Origin: Bdellovibrionales bacterium
Lineage (GTDB): Bacteria > Bdellovibrionota > Bdellovibrionia > Bdellovibrionales > UBA1609
Assembly: GCA_050246815.1 (NCBI GenBank)
Contig: JBFWVI010000013.1
Span: 19,545 to 63,452 of the forward strand
Direction: 5' to 3'
Length of the DNA: 43,908 bases
A model generated the notes under the pieces. The model saw nothing but the letters and a program-made list of their open reading frames with translations. It made no database searches and had not been told where the DNA came from. Both the position numbers and the translations under genes were made by a program. Position 1 is the first letter of the stretch, and each line of letters opens with the position of its first letter. Of this stretch, positions 8,615 through 15,728 are shown piece by piece.

Positions 8615-9112
8615 CTATTGATTATTTATTTCTCGCCAGCCACTAAAAAAGCAGCCGCCACTTTTGCAGTTCACATGGGTCATGCGACCATCAAAGAACT
8701 GCACCAGCCAACCCTTTTCTGCGCAGCCACCCGAGTAGCATTGCACGCTGAATTCTTGTCCTTGGCGCGAATAGCTGGTCCAGCCGTACTTCAGGCAATC
8801 AGATTCATTGTTTTGTTGGTGGCAGATGATTTCTTTGCGTAAGACTTGAGTACCTTGATCCACATGGTACCAGCCGGTTTTAAAACAACCGCCCTCTTTA
8901 CAGGTGGTGTAGCTTTTTGAAGCCTCACCCACGATCCAACCAGTACTCAAGCAGCCATCCCCGTAACATTGATAATCGATTTTTATGTTGGTTATAGAGT
9001 TGGTCATTGTCCAACCGTTTTTAAGGCAATCTCGGTCCCAGCAGATGACGTCAGTTTGGGCATTGACCGTTAGACCAAAAAGCATAAGTGCCGCAAAAAT
9101 TATTTTGTTCAT
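8615..9112 (-). CDS. Secreted Cys-rich repeat protein (6 x C-x4-C-x3-GW)
   Basis: Signal peptide MNKIIFAALMLFGLTVNA (start revised to 9112) and six repeats visible in the translation. Confidence 0.8.
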   Translation of the reverse strand: MNKIIFAALMLFGLTVNAQTDVICWDRDCLKNGWTMTNSITNIKIDYQCYGDGCLSTGWIVGEASKSYTTCKEGGCFKTGWYHVDQGTQVLRKEIICHQQNNESDCLKYGWTSYSRQGQEFSVQCYSGGCAEKGWLVQFFDGRMTHVNCKSGGCFFSGWREINNQ

Positions 9113-9151
9113 CAGTTTATGCTGACGGACGAAACCGTGCAGGGTCAAGTT

Positions 9152-10612
9152 TTAAGGCAGGCTGTAACGCTGGCTTCGTCCTTGCCCGTGACTTTTTAGG
9201 TCACCAGCGGCAACGCATTGACCCAAGAAGCGGACCAGGCTTCGTTTGGGTAGCTTCAAAGTGGCTGCTGCCTGGGTTGATGTAAATTCACATTTCTGGA
9301 AGGCCTGCCTAAGCTCCCGTAGAATTCGAACCTGAGGGGCTTCAACTTCAAGAGAATGTGGCAGCAGGATGCTAAAGGGCGCCAGCCATTTTAAACGGTA
9401 AGCTTCGTCGTCATGGCTAATTTCAAGGGGGTAGCCTTCATTTTTAAGCCATTTTTTGGCGCGTGAAATGGTGTTGAATATTCGTGGTAGCGCCGATTCA
9501 GGATCGATCCGCTCTTTGGGATAAAGTAGGGTGAAAAAATTAATGGGTCGAATGGGGTTGTAAAAATCCGAGCAGAGCAATCGCAATATCTGGTGAGTCG
9601 TACCTTTAGGCTTGAGGCCACGCAGGTCCAGGTGGTCAACTGGGGTCGGATTTGGAAACGGGGTTCCATGCCAGTTATAGCTTTCTGGGATTCTGATTTT
9701 ATGCGGATAAAAATCGATCAATCGTTGTCGGTAAGCGGAATAAGGTGAGCCAAAATAAACATACAAACACAATTCTTCGTTGGCGGAGTAAATCGCCTCA
9801 TAAAAGTCACACTCACGAAGGGTTTCCCAGTGATTCAAAGCTTTGGCATTCTCACGAACCTGAGCCATTTTTTGCAGGGCCTGACGGGAAGAATCGGACC
9901 TTAGTAGCTCCAGAACCGCGGTCCACTTTTTCAAAAAAAGTTGATAAACGGGGGCTGAATTATGAATAAACTTTTCGGCTTGTCGCAGCAGATGCTCAGC
10001 GCCTTGAATGTCGCGGCCTAGAATATGAATCTGGGCTCTCAACTCAAGAGAGTTGCCATGAATCAAATGAAGTTGCATTTTTTCGGCTTCAGCGCTGACC
10101 ACCTTTAAGAGTTGGTCGGCTTCTTTGAAGCGCTTTTCAAAGATATAGGCGGCGCCTAAGTTTAAGCCCCCAATCAGCCGCTGATAATGGGTCAGTCGCT
10201 CGAATGACAAGTACTTTTGTAGTTTAGGGATGGCTTCATGGTGACGAGCTTGTGTGAAGAGAGTGATCGCGCCATAAAGCCAGGCCTCGGGAAGATCGTC
10301 GGATTCCAGGGCCACAAAGTGACTTAGGGCCAACTGTGGGGCGCCGAGTTGCTTCAGGGCCATGGCATACTGCAGGACTTCCTGCGGACTGAGTTCAGGT
10401 CCTAACTTTCGTCTTGAGGAGGTGAAGGGTTTGAGCCACTGAATCGCCAGGGGGGCGGCGCCTACTCGAAGGGCAAGGTTGGACAATCGCGCTAAATGTA
10501 TTCGAGGTATTTGGTTTTTTTTAATAAGGATGAGTTGTTGCCGAATTTCATCAGCCTCACCCCGCTTGATGCGACTATCCAAATTGTCCAGAAATGAGAC
10601 ATCGACTTTCAT
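9152..10612 (-). CDS. TPR-repeat protein with C-terminal winged-helix domain(s), putative transcriptional regulator
   Basis: Helical TPR-like repeats (NLGAAYIF..RFKEA), an OmpR-like segment (QILRLL...RIFNTISRAKKWL) and a terminal wHTH (FTSTQAAATLKLPKRSLVRFL...GQGRSQRY). Confidence 0.7.
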   Translation of the reverse strand: MKVDVSFLDNLDSRIKRGEADEIRQQLILIKKNQIPRIHLARLSNLALRVGAAPLAIQWLKPFTSSRRKLGPELSPQEVLQYAMALKQLGAPQLALSHFVALESDDLPEAWLYGAITLFTQARHHEAIPKLQKYLSFERLTHYQRLIGGLNLGAAYIFEKRFKEADQLLKVVSAEAEKMQLHLIHGNSLELRAQIHILGRDIQGAEHLLRQAEKFIHNSAPVYQLFLKKWTAVLELLRSDSSRQALQKMAQVRENAKALNHWETLRECDFYEAIYSANEELCLYVYFGSPYSAYRQRLIDFYPHKIRIPESYNWHGTPFPNPTPVDHLDLRGLKPKGTTHQILRLLCSDFYNPIRPINFFTLLYPKERIDPESALPRIFNTISRAKKWLKNEGYPLEISHDDEAYRLKWLAPFSILLPHSLEVEAPQVRILRELRQAFQKCEFTSTQAAATLKLPKRSLVRFLGQCVAAGDLKSHGQGRSQRYSLP

Positions 10613-10714
10613 ATGGTAAGCTTATCCTAACCTGATGCGGCCCGCGGATTGTAGCTGTTTATTAGGTGCATTTTGCGATAAAACTAAAAGATAGGGTAGA
10701 GGGATATTTTATAT

Positions 10715-12154
10715 ATGGGTCTATTGAATCGACGACTCTATTTTTTGGCTATTGCTCTTGCATTGGTTTTGGGTTTTCAGAACTGCTCAAATGGCCGCAA
10801 TATTCGATTCTCTGAGAATACCAGCCCGCAATCGGGCAACGACAAGACGCCACCGCCACCCAATCAAGACGGTTATCTCGGCAAACCCAAAGGCGATTTT
10901 GTACGTACCTACCCAGAATTTCGATGTGATGGGGCGGGATCTGTACAAGCCAATCTTCAGGGCTGGTTGAAGATGGATGGGGTCTTGCCCTCGATCACCG
11001 AAGACAATTGCTTGGATATGTCATACTCATTCCCCTTGTCAGATTCTCGTTTGGATATCCTGCCATACAACCCCGATTATGTTGGTTTCGATGGAGCTAT
11101 TTATGCAAAAGTGAAAGATGCCGTTTCTCTCTATCCAGCAGTCGAGAGCTTCTGCCGTGTGGTCGATGAACAGTCTGGGCTTGACGTCGTCGCCGAGTTA
11201 CAAAGCCAGGACGCGCGAGTGCGGACTTATCAGGGTGTTCGACAGCCTGCAGGTTGGCTATCAGGGGGCACTAATAATTTTATAGCCCAAAGAGTATTAA
11301 GTGTGAACACCATTCGTTATGCAGCGGAGAATTTTGTATTGACCATTGATACATCGAATGCGGCCGTCAACTTAAAACCAGCACGACTTGAAGCTTTGTT
11401 GTCTGGTCGTATGGTCAGAAAAGATCTGCAGTGCCGGGTGATGCGTCGTCAGTCTGCCCTGAATTACACGCCTTCAGCGGCAGGTATGATTGGGTTGTGG
11501 CAATTGAATGGTAATCTTTTGGACCAATCTGGTTCTGGCCATAACGCCACTTTGATTGACACAGACTCAACGGCGAATTTTGTGCCCGGCCGTTTCGACC
11601 AGGCGATGAATTTTGATGGACGCGAAGATCGACTGTCTGTCGCCCCCGCGGCAGCCCTGAACAACTTACCTCAATTGAGTGTGGCAGGGTGGATATGGGT
11701 GCCAGACAATGGCAATGGCTCCACAAGCGGTGGGAGTTTGGTGAAAAAGACCAATCGTGCTTTGGATATGTTGGGAGGATGGAATTTTTATATTGGTGCA
11801 TCAACCCGCCGTCTTACTTTTCTGGCGAAGTTTTCAACTGATTATATGATCAAGGTGACTCAACCAATTTTAACCTTGAATACATGGCAGCATGTGGCCG
11901 CCACATGGCGTGGAACTGGTCGTACAGAAGATGTGGTGATTTATGTCAATGGCGTTGTCGCGACAGAGGATGGCACCTTGGACGCGCTCAGCGCGCGCAC
12001 TTCGGACGCTGCCTACCCGCTGGTATTTGGAGACATAGGTGACGTGGACTATGCAACCTACGGTGGGCGCATGGATCAGATGTCGATCTGGAACCGGGCA
12101 TTAACTGTCTCAGAAATTCAAAATCTCTATCAAAATGGTGTGCCGTTGCCATAA
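10715..12154 (+). CDS. Lipoprotein with C-terminal LamG/concanavalin A-like domain
   Basis: LGFQNC lipobox. GLWQLNGN..DQSG.G, AMNFDG, LSVAGWI, WQHVAATW, IYVNG, GRMDQMSIWNRALTVSEIQNLY. Confidence 0.88.
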   Translation: MGLLNRRLYFLAIALALVLGFQNCSNGRNIRFSENTSPQSGNDKTPPPPNQDGYLGKPKGDFVRTYPEFRCDGAGSVQANLQGWLKMDGVLPSITEDNCLDMSYSFPLSDSRLDILPYNPDYVGFDGAIYAKVKDAVSLYPAVESFCRVVDEQSGLDVVAELQSQDARVRTYQGVRQPAGWLSGGTNNFIAQRVLSVNTIRYAAENFVLTIDTSNAAVNLKPARLEALLSGRMVRKDLQCRVMRRQSALNYTPSAAGMIGLWQLNGNLLDQSGSGHNATLIDTDSTANFVPGRFDQAMNFDGREDRLSVAPAAALNNLPQLSVAGWIWVPDNGNGSTSGGSLVKKTNRALDMLGGWNFYIGASTRRLTFLAKFSTDYMIKVTQPILTLNTWQHVAATWRGTGRTEDVVIYVNGVVATEDGTLDALSARTSDAAYPLVFGDIGDVDYATYGGRMDQMSIWNRALTVSEIQNLYQNGVPLP

Positions 12155-12205
12155 ATGACTCAACACATTTGACAAGCAATTGCTGGAGTCCGGTGCATGA
12201 AGATG

Positions 12206-13924
12206 TCAGATTGAGAGCTTACTTTTGACCGCTGGCGGCGGTGAGGACGATTTCTTTTCATCGATGGAGCAGAATGTTTGAATGACAGTATTGACGATGC
12301 GCCCTTGCAGTGAGGCTCGCATTAAACCACACGGAACAATGCTTCCAGTCGACAAGCAAGAACCTGCAATGTCAGCCTGATCCTTGAATCTATCAGTTTG
12401 TCCCGCGGGATGTATCAGGCTATAACGTTTTTGAAACTCAAGCTCTGCATTTTTCAGCCGCCGATTGTCATTCGAATAAATTTCTACGCTTCGATAATCG
12501 GGATAGCCGTCCAACATGTCGGCTTTAATGATTTGGGTTCCGTCACGATACTCGAATTTAGTTTTTTCGCCAGAAACCCGCAGGGTGTAGTTAGGGCCGT
12601 TTGTGCCATGACAGTCGATGGTCGAAGCTGTGCTTTTGACGTCACCCAAAAGATAATTGGTTCGGGCGAGTCCATTTTTCATCATTTGACACATTCCTGG
12701 TGGAACAAAGCCAAAGGTTTCAAGGGCTTCGTTGATCGCAGTTTCAGGATCGTGGAAAGTTAATGAGGGGCAATGATCGCCAATCGAAGTGTTTGAGCTG
12801 GCTTTGGCCGAAGAAAGGAAACTCTGACCTTGCAAGAAATCAATTTCATAGTCTTTGGCATTCAAAGCTTTTTTGCATGAAGCGATTTGGGTTTTGTCGA
12901 TGGTGTTAAGGGCTAGGCCGGCCGCTCCGCCGGTAAGGGCACCTAAGGCTCCGCCACGATAAGCATAGCGGAATGCGCGATTGGCCATATTCATTTTTTT
13001 GTTTTCATATTGGTCAGCATAAGTCTGATAGGAATCCGCCAAGCTTGCAGACCCGTACGAAACCAGCCCCTTGTAGCCACCCAAATCAAGCAGCCCCGCG
13101 ATCAACTTTGAGCGAGGCGACTTGTTAACATGTTTTGAAAGCTCCACAATCTTTGCTGCACGTCGTTCTTTGGTTAAATTGCCTTGAGTCAATTCATCGA
13201 TATAAGACATGATGCGTCTAGACTCCTCAGGAAAATTTTGTTTGATCAATTCCAGTGATTGCTGCTGTCTAGCCTGAGAATGTTTGGGGTCGCGCTGGAC
13301 TTCGTTGGCAAGTGCTTCGCCGATTTTTGCGTTGGTGGTCATTTTTGAGGCTGTGAGTGCCTTTACTTTTGCGGCGTGAATAGCATTTTTAAATTCAGAT
13401 TGAACAGCGCGGATTCGTTCGTCGATGAACTGGTTTCCCTTAAAATCTTTAGCGCCTAGATTTCTTTTTGTACGGTTTAAAGTTTCAACTTCATTCATGA
13501 GTTCTGTTATCGAGTTGACTCGACCCTGGCTGACCCTTTTGGCTTCCATATCTTGAATGGTGCGATAAGCTTGGCGCATCTGTTTTTTTAATTCTCTCTC
13601 GGCGATCAACTGATTGCGGACCATGTTCCATTTTTCCATAAAAGCGGATTGGGCGGCCATACGTGACTTCATTAAGCCATTTATTTTTTCAGCGACTAAA
13701 CTTCCGGCCAAGGCGCCTGTGGCCGTGCCGACGGATGCTCCGATAGCGCCATCAAGTAGGGCGGCTTGCAAACAGGAAGCTTCGTTTCCAAAAAGAACGC
13801 AGTTGTGCTGGTGAATGTAAGTATCGATGTAGTCAGGGTCATTGCAGTCGTTTTGATCTGCAGCATTTGTTTGGAATTTAAAGCAGATTAGGAATACAAA
13901 AATAAGTTGTTTCAAAATTTTCAT
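12206..13924 (-). CDS. Exported hypothetical protein with two glycine-zipper segments flanking a long charged helical region
   Basis: Start 13924 forms an ATGA overlap with the upstream stop. Signal peptide, GAIGASVGTATGALAG and GGALGALTGGAAGLAL segments, Cys-containing termini. Confidence 0.8.
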   Translation of the reverse strand: MKILKQLIFVFLICFKFQTNAADQNDCNDPDYIDTYIHQHNCVLFGNEASCLQAALLDGAIGASVGTATGALAGSLVAEKINGLMKSRMAAQSAFMEKWNMVRNQLIAERELKKQMRQAYRTIQDMEAKRVSQGRVNSITELMNEVETLNRTKRNLGAKDFKGNQFIDERIRAVQSEFKNAIHAAKVKALTASKMTTNAKIGEALANEVQRDPKHSQARQQQSLELIKQNFPEESRRIMSYIDELTQGNLTKERRAAKIVELSKHVNKSPRSKLIAGLLDLGGYKGLVSYGSASLADSYQTYADQYENKKMNMANRAFRYAYRGGALGALTGGAAGLALNTIDKTQIASCKKALNAKDYEIDFLQGQSFLSSAKASSNTSIGDHCPSLTFHDPETAINEALETFGFVPPGMCQMMKNGLARTNYLLGDVKSTASTIDCHGTNGPNYTLRVSGEKTKFEYRDGTQIIKADMLDGYPDYRSVEIYSNDNRRLKNAELEFQKRYSLIHPAGQTDRFKDQADIAGSCLSTGSIVPCGLMRASLQGRIVNTVIQTFCSIDEKKSSSPPPAVKSKLSI

Positions 13925-14469
13925 GGACACCACATTCTCGGTACAACCACGCGTTTCATTTGTCCGGCCTGCATCAGTAAAAAATCATTGGCAACAGTTA
14001 GACGCAAACGTTGTTGGCGAGACGATTTTGGGGCCACCATAAGAATTTGACCGAAGCCGTCGCCATCTGTGGTCGTGTAGCCTTGTTGTGCGCCTAAGTT
14101 CCAGCGCACTAGGTTTGAGGTCACGGGCATGAGCTCTTCGTTTGTGACTTCTGAAACTGTTCCCTCAGAGTCTCGGCATTGCAGTCTAAAGTTAATCACC
14201 ACAAAATGCTGTTGGCGGCAACGATGAGTGCTCGAATAGCCGTAACCGGCTCGACAGGTGTTAAATGTTTTTTCGCCATAGCCCAGTTCGTGAATCGCGC
14301 GCATCATGCCTAAAGATCGGCTTAAGCCAAAGAGATCAATGGACTCCACGACCTCACTGTCCGTCAAGGTTGGCAAGGGCGCTTCGTGTTGCGGCGGTGG
14401 CCGACGTTTGCTGGCGCAGCCCGTCGCCAATATGGTGAATAGGATTGCCGATAGGGTGAAGAGTCTCAT
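13921..14469 (-). CDS. Hypothetical lipoprotein
   Basis: Lipobox LATGC, Pro-rich linker, beta-rich body with TTDGDG. Starts 3 nt after the FeeM-PilZ stop. Confidence 0.8.
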   Translation of the reverse strand: MRLFTLSAILFTILATGCASKRRPPPQHEAPLPTLTDSEVVESIDLFGLSRSLGMMRAIHELGYGEKTFNTCRAGYGYSSTHRCRQQHFVVINFRLQCRDSEGTVSEVTNEELMPVTSNLVRWNLGAQQGYTTTDGDGFGQILMVAPKSSRQQRLRLTVANDFLLMQAGQMKRVVVPRMWCP

Positions 14470-14472
14470 GAT

Positions 14473-15687
14473 TTATGCCGCGCGATTGAGCTGGGTTTCA
14501 AGGTGATTCAAAAATTCTTTCCAGCCTTGTGGCGCTTCAAGAAGAGTGAATCCCCATTCGCGTTGGCGTCGATTCCACACGGGCTTGGCGACAATGGGCA
14601 AGGTGTGCGTTTCGCTTAAATGCACGCGAAAATGGCAATCGTTGGCCAGACGCATGGGCATTTTGCTAAACAAACGAAATCCTGTCTCGCTCACATCTAA
14701 AAGTGTCACGCTTTCATCACCCATTTCGCCCTCTAAGACGGCAGGGCAGCTGACGACAAAGCGCTGGGCCACGCGGCGGGGCGGATAAGGTGGCTGTGAG
14801 TTGGGTTCTGGCAACATTTCACGAAGACTTGAACTGCGATAAATATCGCGCAGCACGTGAATTTCACGATCACTCAATCTTTCGATCAGATTGGTGCGCT
14901 CTTGAAAGAAGTATTGGAACATCTGCTTGTCTAACACGGGGTTCAGTGCTTGTCCGGCCACTTGAATCGGAAATTTAAAGCAGGGCAAGTCGAGCGAAGT
15001 GAAATAGGTGTACACATTGCTGCTGACGGGGCGACCGCCGTAAACGCGTTTGAATTGCGATTTGGCGTGATTCAAATCTAAATATAGCGCCGTCACGAGA
15101 TTGCCATTGATCAAGTGATCACGAAATACAGAATCCGTGATTGGGTCAAAAAACAGCAGGGCACGAAAGAAGTCGGCTTTACTTAAAGCGGTGGCAATCT
15201 GAAAAACATCGACTTTCAGGTGCCCCACGGCATACTCATAGATGAATTTCAAAAGTGGAAATAAAATCTTACCGCCTCCGCGCCACTCCTTTGAAACAGC
15301 CAAGCCCGTGACTTCGGCCACTTGCCAACCTGGTTTGCGGTAAAAGCTCGTGTCAATGCTTTCATCTAAGGGTAAACCCAAAGGGTTTTCGCGAATCAAA
15401 GACAGAGTGCCGATCACCTTGCCATCCATCTTGGCGACTACTGTTGAAGCATGGGGAAGCATGTTGTAAACATTTAAGCGCAGGTTTGAGGGATGCTTCT
15501 CCATAAAACCAATTTCAACGTACACATCGTGCAGCAAACGATACGCGCCTTCCAGGTCGGTCTGATTGTCGGCAATACAGATTTCTAGTCCTGGTGGAAT
15601 GGGCGGTAGGCTGACCATTTGCCGTAAAAAGGGGTGAGTCAGGCTTGACCATAACTTCGAAGGTAAATTTTTTGGACTTCGCGCCAT
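14473..15687 (-). CDS. FeeM-like N-acyl amino acid synthase (GNAT) fused to a PilZ domain
   Basis: AYRLLHDVY..IGF, GTLSLIRENPLGLPLD and AEVTGLAV are FeeM-family motifs. C-terminal RVAQR (RxxxR) and DVSETG (DxSxxG) are PilZ motifs. Confidence 0.8.
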   Translation of the reverse strand: MARSPKNLPSKLWSSLTHPFLRQMVSLPPIPPGLEICIADNQTDLEGAYRLLHDVYVEIGFMEKHPSNLRLNVYNMLPHASTVVAKMDGKVIGTLSLIRENPLGLPLDESIDTSFYRKPGWQVAEVTGLAVSKEWRGGGKILFPLLKFIYEYAVGHLKVDVFQIATALSKADFFRALLFFDPITDSVFRDHLINGNLVTALYLDLNHAKSQFKRVYGGRPVSSNVYTYFTSLDLPCFKFPIQVAGQALNPVLDKQMFQYFFQERTNLIERLSDREIHVLRDIYRSSSLREMLPEPNSQPPYPPRRVAQRFVVSCPAVLEGEMGDESVTLLDVSETGFRLFSKMPMRLANDCHFRVHLSETHTLPIVAKPVWNRRQREWGFTLLEAPQGWKEFLNHLETQLNRAA

Positions 15688-15694
15688 GTTGCTC

Positions 15695-15702
15695 TTATCG
15701 GC
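15695..15702 (-). promoter_or_regulatory. Possible sigma28 (FliA) -10 box GCCGATAA
   Basis: Exact GCCGATAA on the minus strand 7 nt before the FeeM-PilZ ATG. The -35 element is poor. Confidence 0.35.
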
Positions 15703-15728
15703 CCAGTGCTTACAAAGAATAATAGTGA

